From contig JBCCHT010000043.1 of NCBI GenBank assembly GCA_039028615.1, positions 1 to 64,000 on the forward strand: a stretch of 64,000 nucleotides of DNA, read 5' to 3'. The stretch's first letter is position 1. Each line of letters opens with the position of its first letter. Positions 46,619 to 55,606 of this stretch are shown piece after piece. The notes beneath the pieces were generated by a model. It saw only the letters and a list, made by a program, of their open reading frames with translations, was not told the origin of the DNA and did not search any database. The DNA comes from Myxococcota bacterium. Its GTDB lineage: Bacteria; Myxococcota_A; Polyangia; Nannocystales; Nannocystaceae. Position numbers and translations under genes: made by a program.

Positions 46619-48553
46619 TTGTCGAAGCTCGGTCAGCTCCTGTCGTACTTGGAGCGCCCCGACGTCACGGAATTGATCTTCCGATCGGGGTCTCCTGCCG
46701 TGATGCAAGTGGGCAATCGCCAACACCCGCTCACCATCACGCCACTCAAGGTCGCACAGATTCGTCGGTTCTTCGCCGGCACCGAAGTCGTCGATCATCT
46801 ACCGACTTCGAACAACGGCCTCGAGACGCACTCGATGGCGCTGATGGGCACGCCCTACTTGGTGACCATCGGAGGCGATGCACACTCGCTCGAGATCCGG
46901 GTGGGCAATACCGCCAACGAGCCCGAGGCGGCACCGGTGCAAGTCACCGATCAACCCTCGAGCACTCGCGAGCCGCCCACCGAGCAGGGCCAGCACTACC
47001 TGCCTCACCAAGCGCCCACCGACGATCGGCCGGCCCCGCCCAGCGCCGACAGGCCCACGCCCGCCGAGCCCGTGGACTCCGGGCTGGTCATCGAGCGCAA
47101 CGACGACTTCAACGCATCGTTCCACGGCGGCGCCCAGAGCCTGAGCAGCCCCGTGCCCGACGAGCAGCTGCCCCAGATGCCGCCCATCGAGCGCGGCGGC
47201 ATGGTGGTCGACGAGGGCATGCCCGCGGTCGAGATCCCGCGGACGCCTCGGCCCGGGCTGACGCCGGTCGAGTTCCAGGAACAAACGCAGGGTCGGGCCA
47301 GCGCGCTGTCGACCGCCGACCTGCCGCGTCAGACCGCCGAGACGACGCCTGCCCCCCGGCCTCCGCCACCACGCCCCCCCGCCTCGGGCACGCGCACCGA
47401 CACCAGCGCGATGGACGAGCCGCTGCGTCCGAGGTCGGTGCATCCCGGCCTGCGCGAGATCCTGACCGCGGCCAGACAGCACGGGGCCAGCGACGTGCAC
47501 ATCATGTCCGACGCTCCGGTGCGGGTACGCCGAGTCGGTGCGCTCGAGCCCGCGGGCACTCCCGTGCCCGCCGGAGACGTCGCCGACATGGTCGACTCGC
47601 TGCTCGAGCCCCGGCACCGCGCCCAGCTCGAGTCCCTGGGCTACGCCGACCTCGGCTCCGAGCTGGAGGGCGCGGGCCGACTTCGCATCAACATCAACCG
47701 CCAGCGCACCGGGCTGAAGATCTGCGTTCGCCTGGTCGTCACCGTGCCCCCGTCGCTCGAGGCGCTGGGCCTGCCGCCCGAGGTCCGCAAGCTGACCACC
47801 CATCACCAGGGGCTGGCGATCATCTCGGGGCCCAACGGGCACGGCAAGACGACCACCATGTCGGCGCTGGTCGACATGTTCAATGCCCACAAGGCGCAGC
47901 ACATCATCACGGTGGAAGACCCGGTCGAGGTCATCCACCCGCGCAAGCAGGCGCTCGTCACTCAGCGCGAGGTGGGCACGCACACCAGGAGCTTCGAAGC
48001 CGCCCTGGCCGCTTCCCTCCGCGAAGACCCCGACATCATCGCCATCGGTGAGCTCCGGGACCGCGAGACGGTGGAGATGGCCTTGTCCGCCTCGGAGACG
48101 GGACACCTGGTGCTCGCCACCATGAGCACGCCTTCGGGGGCCAAGACCATCGACCGGGTCATCGACATGTTCCCGCCCGACGATCAGTCGCAGGTTCGAG
48201 CCACGCTGGCGGGCGCCCTCAAGCTGGTGATCAGCCAACGCCTGCTGCGTCGCGCCGACGGCCGCGGGCTGGTGGCCGCCTACGAGATGATCACGGGCAA
48301 CGTCCCGCTGTGGACGCTCATCCGCGACAGCAAGCTCTTCCAGCTGCCCAGCTTGCTGCAGCGCGGCCGCAACTTCGGCATGATCCGCCTCGAGGACTCC
48401 TTGCGGGAGCTGCTCGACAAGGGCGTCATCGACCGCGCGGAAGCGGAGCTATACGCCGAAGATCCTCGCGCCCTCTCGCCTACGCCTTCCGCCCAGCCTC
48501 CACCGCCTCCGCCGCCCAAGAAAGAGGGCTGGCGTTTCGGTCGCGGCCGCTGA
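46619..48553 (+). CDS. PilT/PilU family ATPase with N-terminal extension and Pro-rich linker
   Basis: GASDVHI, GPNGHGKTTT, TVEDPVE, LREDPD..GELRD; His box reads ATMST. Confidence 0.9.
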   Translation: MSKLGQLLSYLERPDVTELIFRSGSPAVMQVGNRQHPLTITPLKVAQIRRFFAGTEVVDHLPTSNNGLETHSMALMGTPYLVTIGGDAHSLEIRVGNTANEPEAAPVQVTDQPSSTREPPTEQGQHYLPHQAPTDDRPAPPSADRPTPAEPVDSGLVIERNDDFNASFHGGAQSLSSPVPDEQLPQMPPIERGGMVVDEGMPAVEIPRTPRPGLTPVEFQEQTQGRASALSTADLPRQTAETTPAPRPPPPRPPASGTRTDTSAMDEPLRPRSVHPGLREILTAARQHGASDVHIMSDAPVRVRRVGALEPAGTPVPAGDVADMVDSLLEPRHRAQLESLGYADLGSELEGAGRLRININRQRTGLKICVRLVVTVPPSLEALGLPPEVRKLTTHHQGLAIISGPNGHGKTTTMSALVDMFNAHKAQHIITVEDPVEVIHPRKQALVTQREVGTHTRSFEAALAASLREDPDIIAIGELRDRETVEMALSASETGHLVLATMSTPSGAKTIDRVIDMFPPDDQSQVRATLAGALKLVISQRLLRRADGRGLVAAYEMITGNVPLWTLIRDSKLFQLPSLLQRGRNFGMIRLEDSLRELLDKGVIDRAEAELYAEDPRALSPTPSAQPPPPPPPKKEGWRFGRGR

Positions 48554-48568
48554 GAGTTCAGGCTCGCC

Positions 48569-49648
48569 ATGGCAAGCATCGACGCACTCTTCGACCAGCT
48601 GATGTCTCAGGGAGGCTCGGACCTCCACCTGTCGGTCGGCTACCCGCCCACGATTCGCCTGCGCGGCCTCTTGCATCCGCTGCGCGACGAACCGCTCGAC
48701 CACGCCGAGATGAACCAGCTGCTGTACGGGATCTTGGACGACCGTCGGCGGGCCGAGTTCGAGGAGCGCCACGACCTCGACTTTGCCTACGCCTACGGCG
48801 ACAAGGCCCGCTTCCGGGCGAACTACCTGATGAAGACGACCGGGCCCGGGGCGGTGTTTCGGACCATTCCGAGCAAGGTGCCCACCACCGAACAGCTCGG
48901 CGTGCCCGAGGCCATCGTCCGGCTCGCGGAGCGCCGCGCCGGCCTGGTGCTCGTCACCGGCCCCACGGGCAGCGGCAAGAGCACGACGCTGGCCTCACTC
49001 ATCTCGCACATCAACCACTCGCGACCGGGGCATATCCTCACCATCGAGGATCCCGTCGAGTTCGTGCATCAGCCCGTGCGCTGCCAGATCACGCACCGCG
49101 AAGTCGGCCTCGACACCCCGAGCTTCGCCGATGCGATTCGCTCGGCCGGTCGTGAGAACGCAGATGTCATCTTGGTCGGCGAGCTTCGAGGCCAAGAGAC
49201 CATGCGCATGGCACTGCAGCTGGCGAGCTACGGCGTGCTGGTGTTCGCCACCGTGCACACCAACTCCGCCGCGGCGACCATCGATCGCTTCGTCAACGCG
49301 TTCCCGGCCGGCCAGCAGCCGGCCATTCGCGGCATGCTCTCCGACGCGCTCGCGGGCATCGTGGCCCAGCAGCTGCTACGCACCGCCGACGGCAGCAAGC
49401 GCGTGGCCGTGCACGAGATCTTGGTGGGCACCACGGGCGTCGCCTCGGCGATTCGCGAGTCGAAGACTTCGATGATCTCGAGCTTGATCCAAGGGGGTGG
49501 TCGCGAGGGCATGCAGAGCATGGACAAGGCCCTGCAAGCACTCCTCGACGAGGGCACCATCAGCCCACTCGATGCCCTCGACAAGGCCCTCGACAAGGAA
49601 GCGTTTCAGCGCTTGCCGAAGGTTCGCCACGCCTTGGACAACGCTTGA
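48569..49648 (+). CDS. pilT: Type IV pilus retraction ATPase PilT family
   Basis: GSDLHL, GPTGSGKSTT, TIEDPVE, GELR and ATVHT. Confidence 0.92.
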   Translation: MASIDALFDQLMSQGGSDLHLSVGYPPTIRLRGLLHPLRDEPLDHAEMNQLLYGILDDRRRAEFEERHDLDFAYAYGDKARFRANYLMKTTGPGAVFRTIPSKVPTTEQLGVPEAIVRLAERRAGLVLVTGPTGSGKSTTLASLISHINHSRPGHILTIEDPVEFVHQPVRCQITHREVGLDTPSFADAIRSAGRENADVILVGELRGQETMRMALQLASYGVLVFATVHTNSAAATIDRFVNAFPAGQQPAIRGMLSDALAGIVAQQLLRTADGSKRVAVHEILVGTTGVASAIRESKTSMISSLIQGGGREGMQSMDKALQALLDEGTISPLDALDKALDKEAFQRLPKVRHALDNA

Positions 49649-49994
49649 ATGCACCAGTGTTGACCGCCGGATAAAGAGGCGGATCGACGACCGATCGGAT
49701 CGCTCGTTTTGCTCCTCATGATGCGATCTCGATGAGGGTGCAGGTATGCCGAAAGCGACCTCGGGTCCGGTGTCCTGCGGTGTGACCAACGGGGGAACAG
49801 ATGTACGCAAGACGGACGGTTTGGACGGGTCAGATCGTCGGGTATCCCCTGGAATTGTGGAAAATAGCAACGATTTCGAGCGACATTACAACTGACAGTG
49901 CTACTTGTTCTGGTCGTAGGCTCCGCGATTCCTCGGCTCTCAGTTTCGGTGGTCCCCGTCCACGCCGAACCAGCCGAAGGGGCCACCCGTCCCC

Positions 49995-51050
49995 ATGATG
50001 CAAACGAGAGAACTCGAGGTCACGCGGTGGCAACTCCGCGTCCTGACCGGACCCTTGCGCGGCATGGTTCACGTCGTCGGCGAGCGCACTGGTCTCGGCC
50101 GATCCGTGAGCTCCGATCTTCAGCTCATCGACACCGGCGTCTCCCGTCAACACGCCATGATCGTCGAGAGTGACAACGGTGATCACGTGCTCATCGATCT
50201 GGCGAGCGCAAACGGGACCTATGTCGATGGGCAGCGGGTCGAGCGGGTCGAGCTGCGCCCCGGCATGGTCATCAAGATCGTCGACACCGAGCTCACCTAC
50301 GAGGCCGCGCGTCCCGGGCTCGCCAACCGCCCCACCGCTCCGGTGTTCGCGGTGCCGCAGTCCGACTCGCGAACGCTTCGCGGCACGACCGAGGTGCCGG
50401 CCAACAACTCGAAAGGCGCGAGCGCCGAGTCGGCGACCGGTCCCGACGGTCAGGTCCTCGCGGGGGCGGAGCGCTGCCCGGTGATCTTCGAGAACCCCGA
50501 CGGCACCGAGCAAGGCGGCCAGATCATCGCCGACATCATCGAGTACCGGACGCTTCGCTCGCAGTGCCTCAAGGGTGGCCTGGCCGACCCGGCCCAGCGC
50601 CAGCACTTCAACGATCTCCAGCGCAAGTTGCAGCAACCCCCCGCGCCGCCCCCCGCGTCGCAGCGAGCCTTCTGCCGTTTCGGCTGCTGGTTCCCCGCTG
50701 CGATCCGTTTTGCATCCGGGAGTGAAATTGCTTGCTGGGTGCGAGACTTCGGCGTCGACGGTGCGCAGATCAAAGTCGGCGAGCACGAGATTGTCCGCGA
50801 CTCGATCGTTTGGCTCGCGATGAGCCTCGAATTCGACGGCCGGCCACGCTCCGAGGTCCTAACGGGACGCGTCGCATGGGTCGATGGCGAGTTCCTCGGT
50901 CTGGCATTTACCGGGGCACCACGGTCCGAATACGGGCGCTACACGGCGAACCCCCAGATTCGCGAAGAGCTCGACGACACCCGGACTTTCCCCGATCGGA
51001 CGACGGCACCGCACCGAGGACTGCGGTTGGCTACCGACGGAAAGAACTGA
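49995..51050 (+). CDS. FHA domain + PilZ domain protein (paralog of 45482..46579)
   Basis: LGRS..VSRQHA..DLASANGTYV; IIEYR; RAFCR...DFGVDG. Confidence 0.88.
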   Translation: MMQTRELEVTRWQLRVLTGPLRGMVHVVGERTGLGRSVSSDLQLIDTGVSRQHAMIVESDNGDHVLIDLASANGTYVDGQRVERVELRPGMVIKIVDTELTYEAARPGLANRPTAPVFAVPQSDSRTLRGTTEVPANNSKGASAESATGPDGQVLAGAERCPVIFENPDGTEQGGQIIADIIEYRTLRSQCLKGGLADPAQRQHFNDLQRKLQQPPAPPPASQRAFCRFGCWFPAAIRFASGSEIACWVRDFGVDGAQIKVGEHEIVRDSIVWLAMSLEFDGRPRSEVLTGRVAWVDGEFLGLAFTGAPRSEYGRYTANPQIREELDDTRTFPDRTTAPHRGLRLATDGKN

Positions 51051-51206
51051 ACCGGTTCCGAAACGATCGACCCGGCCACGAGTCGATCCGGTGTGAACGG
51101 TTTTACCGTACCAGCGGACACGATCGTTTCATCGCCGTAGGAACGACCGGTAAAACGACAAATGTGACTCCTGTGCCTTGGCACTGTCACACGAGATTGC
51201 GACCAT

Positions 51207-51572
51207 TTGCTCGTGAATCGGGACTCTCAAACTCAGGAGCAGCAAGCAGACGAGTGCTACCCGCTCTCGTTTCCCGTACAGATCAATGGTGGGCAGCTGG
51301 GCACCGCGGTCGGTCGCTCTCGTGACGCGTCGGCCAAAGGACTTTGTGCCGACGTCAATGCCGAGATGTCGGTCGGTGCTCCGGTCCGAGTTCGCTTTCG
51401 AGTTTCGCCTCGCGAGCGCGCTCAAGATTTCGATGGCACCGTCACTCGGATCGAACGCAACGGACACGGACAGTGGCCGTACCAGCTCGCCGTACAATTC
51501 GATCAACCGAACGCTGCACTGGCCGCTCGGCTCCAAGCCGAGTTCGCCCATCTTCAGCCCGCCGCGCTATAG
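51207..51572 (+). CDS. Stand-alone PilZ-like domain protein
   Basis: SRDASAKGL, GTVTRIE and LAVQF; RxxxR motif absent. Confidence 0.7.
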   Translation: MLVNRDSQTQEQQADECYPLSFPVQINGGQLGTAVGRSRDASAKGLCADVNAEMSVGAPVRVRFRVSPRERAQDFDGTVTRIERNGHGQWPYQLAVQFDQPNAALAARLQAEFAHLQPAAL

Positions 51573-51590
51573 CGCGCGGGTCCGCCCCAA

Positions 51591-51635
51591 CGACGCCCGT
51601 CGTCGGACACGAGCTCGTGTCGACGCCGGGCGTCG
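51591..51635. repeat. Long imperfect inverted repeat after the PilZ gene (terminator or REP-like)
   Basis: CGACGCCC..CGTCG.ACACGAG/CTCGTGT CGACG..GGGCGTCG. Confidence 0.5.
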
Positions 51636-51886
51636 CTGCGTCTGGGCCCGGGCTCCCGTGGTGCCCGCACCGGCCTTCAGCTCCTGAGAACACGATTCAC
51701 TCCGGCATCGATCCGACCCATCGTTCCTGGGTTCAACCGAGAGGGTCTGCGACACAAAGCCCGGTTCGGAATGCGGCCACCGTCTCGCAACTGCGTGCTG
51801 CAGGGCGATAAACGCCGATGCTCGGACATTCGGCCGTGCTCATTGGGGCCGTGGAATCCAACCGGTGGGCGCTCTAGAATCAGCGA

Positions 51887-52654
51887 GTGCTGGCGCTGCT
51901 GTTCCCGCCGTCTCTCGGCCACGTCGCGGCGTCAGCGCGAGCCAGTCTGCTCAGTCAGTGGTTTGCCCGGCAGCTCGGGGTCGAAGTCGACATCCGCGTA
52001 GCCGACAGCTACGAGGCCTTGCGCGGTGCCATCGAGCAGGGCGAGGTCGACCTGGCGTGGGCCCCTCCCTTCGTGTGTGCCGCCGTGCAGGAACACGCGC
52101 ACACGATCCTCAAGGCGAGCCGAGGGGGGCAGTCGATGTACCGCTCCGCGATCATCGCCCGCCGCGGGGAGCTGTCGACGGTGGAGGAACTTCCGGGTCG
52201 TCACGCAGCCTGGGTCGACCGACTCTCGACCGCGGGCTACCTGCTGCCCATGGCCCGACTCCGCGGCCTGGGCTACGAGCCCGACGACACCTTCGCCTCG
52301 CAGAGCTTCATGGGTTCCTACGGCCGCGCGGTGCGGGCCGTGCTCGACCGAGACGCAGACCTGTGTGCGGTCTACGTCCGCGACGCGACCACCGAGTCCG
52401 TCGACGAGACTCTGGTCGACCTCGTCGGCGAGACCGACCAGATCCACGCCGTGGACTTCACCGCCGAAGTGCCCAGCGACGGGTTGGTCGTCGTGCAGAA
52501 GAAGGGGCATACCGAGCTCGAGCACGTCGTGGAGCGCCTACGATCGCTGAGCGATGGCCGTACCCACACGATGCTGCTGACGATCTTCGACGCCGAAGCG
52601 CTCGAGCCCGCCAAGCCCAGCGACTACGACGAGCTCCGGCTGGCCCTGCGCTAG
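51887..52654 (+). CDS. PhnD/phosphonate-binding-like protein without signal peptide
   Basis: SYEAL..GEVDLAW, YRSAII, STAGYLLP and VPSD. Confidence 0.85.
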   Translation: MLALLFPPSLGHVAASARASLLSQWFARQLGVEVDIRVADSYEALRGAIEQGEVDLAWAPPFVCAAVQEHAHTILKASRGGQSMYRSAIIARRGELSTVEELPGRHAAWVDRLSTAGYLLPMARLRGLGYEPDDTFASQSFMGSYGRAVRAVLDRDADLCAVYVRDATTESVDETLVDLVGETDQIHAVDFTAEVPSDGLVVVQKKGHTELEHVVERLRSLSDGRTHTMLLTIFDAEALEPAKPSDYDELRLALR

Positions 52655-54651
52655 ATCAGCTGCACATCGGCCATGATCTCGACCAATGCGGGGCCCTCGT
52701 AGGCCAGCGCCGCGGCCAGGGCTTCGTCGAGCTGGTCGGCGCGCTCGACCCGGGCCCCGTGGGCACCGCAGATCTTCGCGTACTCGGCAAAGTTGGGGTT
52801 GTGCAGCGAGGTCTGCCACACGTGCCAGTTGCCGGCCCGCTGCTCCTTGCTGATCTTGCCCAGCTCGGCGTTGTTGACCAACACGTGGGTGATGTTCATG
52901 CCGTACTTCACCGCGGTGAGCAGCTCGCCCATGTACTGGCCAAAGCCGCCGTCGCCGGTCACGACGACCACCGGGCGCCCCGCGAAGGACGAACCCTTTT
53001 CTTGGGTCGCCGCCCAGGCCCCCATGCCCGCGGGAAAGCCAAAGCCGATGGAGCCGAGGTACCCGGACATGAGCACGGCGTGGCGCTTGCACTCGAAGTA
53101 GCGGCCGAACGAGTAGGTGTTGTTGCCGACGTCGACCGCAATGATCGCGTCCTCGGACAGGCCGCGGGTCAGCGAGTCGAAGATCGACGCCGAGCTCACG
53201 CCTTGGCCGCGGTCGTCCTGGCGACGCCGGGCCTTCTCGTCGCGCCAGATGGCCCAGCGCTCGGCGATCTGCGGCCGTTGGTCTTCGGTGTGGCTCACCT
53301 CGCCCAGGCGCTCACTCAACGCGGCCACCGTCACCGAAATCTCACCCCACACGGGGATGTCGACGGGGTGGAACTTGCCCAGCATCATCGGATCGAAGTC
53401 GACCTGGATGATGGGCAGCTTGGGGGTGATGCCCGTGTGATTGCTGAAGCTCGCCCCGAGCACGAGCAGGCAATCGGACTCGTTCATGAAGTAGCTGGCG
53501 ATGGGCGTGCCGCTGCGCCCCAGCACGCCGCAGCCCAGGGGGTGGTCATCGGCGATCTGGCCCTTGGCCTTGAAGGTGGTGATGACCGGGCACTGCAGCT
53601 GCTCGGCCAGCGCGGTGACGGCCTCCATGTCGAAGCGCGCACCGTGGCCCACGATGATGACCGGGCGCTTGCTGTGAGAGAGCTTGTCGACCGCGGCGTC
53701 GAGGGCCTCGGGCGGCGGCGCGATGGTGCGAGGCGTCAGCCGCCCCTGGGGCCCCCCCGGCTTGGCGCCCTCGGCCGCAGGCAGGGTCTGGACCTCGTCG
53801 GGGAAGATGAGGTGCGAGACACCACGGTTGAGGATGGCGCTCTTGCTCGCGAGGTTCATCAGCTCGGCGTGCTTGCTGCCGTGCATCACCGACTGTGACC
53901 ACTGGGCGACCTTGCCGAAGGCGGCGACGAGGTCGACCTCTTGGAACGCACCCGGGCCGAGCACCTGCGTGTCGACCTGACCGGTCAGCGCGAGCACGGG
54001 CGAGCGGTCGACGTTGGCGTCCCAGAGCCCGGTGAGCAGGTTGGTCGCGCCCGGGCCCGCGATGGCCAGGCACGCCGCCGGCCGCCCGGTGAGCTTGCCG
54101 TAGGCGGAAGCGGCAAAGGAGGCCGCGCCCTCGTGGCGAATGCCGAAATAGCGCAGGTTGCCCTCTTCCTCTTGGACGCGCAGCGCGTCGGCGAGGCCGA
54201 GGTTGGAGTGGCCCACCATGCCGAAGACGGTGGTCACCCCCCAGGCGACCATGGTCTCCGCCATCACGTCGCTCACCGTGCGGACGTGGGGGAGCTCCTC
54301 TTCGATGGCCACGTAGACGCCATCGTCACGGACCTCGACTTGGAAGGTGTCGACGCCGTCGTCGAAGTCACCGGGAGAGCGACCGGTGGTGGGGTCGTAG
54401 TCCCAGCCATGCCAGGGGCAGCGCAGCAGGCCGTTTTCGATCGACCCCTCGCCGAGCGGGCCGCCCTGGTGTGGACAGCGGTTGTCGAGCGCCGCGAACT
54501 CGCCCTTGAAGTGCGTCATGCACAGGGTCTCGAGCCCGCAGGTCACCGTCTTGACGCGGCCCTCGGGGAGCTCGCTGACGTCGAGCGCCTTGTGCCACAC
54601 GAGGTGGACCTTGCCGTCGCGCTTGTCCGTGTCCTTGCTGCCTTCACTCAT
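52651..54651 (-). CDS. Rieske [2Fe-2S] domain fused to a pyruvate oxidase-like TPP enzyme
   Basis: CPHQGG..CPWHG; IRHEGAA, GPGATN and GDGG..NN. Confidence 0.92.
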   Translation of the reverse strand: MSEGSKDTDKRDGKVHLVWHKALDVSELPEGRVKTVTCGLETLCMTHFKGEFAALDNRCPHQGGPLGEGSIENGLLRCPWHGWDYDPTTGRSPGDFDDGVDTFQVEVRDDGVYVAIEEELPHVRTVSDVMAETMVAWGVTTVFGMVGHSNLGLADALRVQEEEGNLRYFGIRHEGAASFAASAYGKLTGRPAACLAIAGPGATNLLTGLWDANVDRSPVLALTGQVDTQVLGPGAFQEVDLVAAFGKVAQWSQSVMHGSKHAELMNLASKSAILNRGVSHLIFPDEVQTLPAAEGAKPGGPQGRLTPRTIAPPPEALDAAVDKLSHSKRPVIIVGHGARFDMEAVTALAEQLQCPVITTFKAKGQIADDHPLGCGVLGRSGTPIASYFMNESDCLLVLGASFSNHTGITPKLPIIQVDFDPMMLGKFHPVDIPVWGEISVTVAALSERLGEVSHTEDQRPQIAERWAIWRDEKARRRQDDRGQGVSSASIFDSLTRGLSEDAIIAVDVGNNTYSFGRYFECKRHAVLMSGYLGSIGFGFPAGMGAWAATQEKGSSFAGRPVVVVTGDGGFGQYMGELLTAVKYGMNITHVLVNNAELGKISKEQRAGNWHVWQTSLHNPNFAEYAKICGAHGARVERADQLDEALAAALAYEGPALVEIMADVQLI

Positions 54652-54654
54652 GCC

Positions 54655-55539
54655 TCACCCCTTGCCTTGGTTGGAGAGCTCCACGCCGGCCGCGTGGGCC
54701 GTGGAGATGAAGCGAAGCAGGCCCTCCGCCCTCGCCTCGCCGCCGTCGATCTCGAGCAGTCGATCGCCACGGAGCACCGCGCCAGTCCAGCCCTCGGTAT
54801 GCCACTGCCCCCCGGCGGGCAACTCCGGCAGCTCGGCCCCCTGCGGTGCCGGCCAGGGATTGACGTAGACGTAGGGCTGGGCGTAGCTGCCGTCGCCCAG
54901 GCTCACGCCGGCCCCCACCGAGCGCATCGACTCGCCCTCGCCTTCGAGCACGTGCAGCGAGGCCATGTCGAAGTGGTGCGGCCACAGCAAGATCGCCCCC
55001 GCCTCGGGGTGCGTGCCACGGAACCATTGCAGGGTCGCATCGGCCAGCTCGAGCCACGCCGCCAGTTCTTTGCCGTGCGCGACGGCGGGCTCCTCGAAGC
55101 TCGCCCCGTCGGCCACCGGGTGGGCGGGCACATCCCCGAGGTGTCCGGGCCTGACGACCGAGCCACTCAGCTCGATGCCCGCCTCCTGGATCGCCGTCTC
55201 CAGCCAGCCGAAGGCCTCGTCGAGGGTCCGCCCCCGCAGGGGAAAGTGCGCGAGCCGGTCATCGTCGCGCCACAGCCCCAGGGCAAAGCCGGTCACGTCG
55301 AGCGCGGCGTAGATGCCCGTTTCCGGCTCTTTGTCGGTGGCCAGGGTGCCGTGGGCCGCGACCCAGTGCAGCGCGGTATGGCTGTAGTCGTCACGGGCAG
55401 GCAGTACGGAGAACCCGAACGATGCCACCGGTTGAGACGCCCAGTGCAGCGTCAGTCGAGACCCGGCCAGCTCGGTCGCAGGCACCGACCCCAGGGTGGC
55501 GAGCAGGGAGGAGGACGGGGGAACGGCGGTCGTCGTCAT
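54655..55539 (-). CDS. Hypothetical protein
   Basis: DDYSHT, LWPHHFD and GVSLGD..PYVYVNPW; co-oriented with the Rieske-TPP gene. Confidence 0.78.
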   Translation of the reverse strand: MTTTAVPPSSSLLATLGSVPATELAGSRLTLHWASQPVASFGFSVLPARDDYSHTALHWVAAHGTLATDKEPETGIYAALDVTGFALGLWRDDDRLAHFPLRGRTLDEAFGWLETAIQEAGIELSGSVVRPGHLGDVPAHPVADGASFEEPAVAHGKELAAWLELADATLQWFRGTHPEAGAILLWPHHFDMASLHVLEGEGESMRSVGAGVSLGDGSYAQPYVYVNPWPAPQGAELPELPAGGQWHTEGWTGAVLRGDRLLEIDGGEARAEGLLRFISTAHAAGVELSNQGKG

Positions 55540-55606
55540 CGGCTCTCCGCGGCAATACGCTGCGACCCTCGCAACAGTTACCGCATCCTAACGCCCACAC
55601 GGCGGC

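Noticed and set aside
51750..51800. Faint resemblance to a cobalamin riboswitch (CCGGT..GCAACTG)
   Set aside because: The GGGAA element and B12 box were not found, and no B12-related gene lies downstream.
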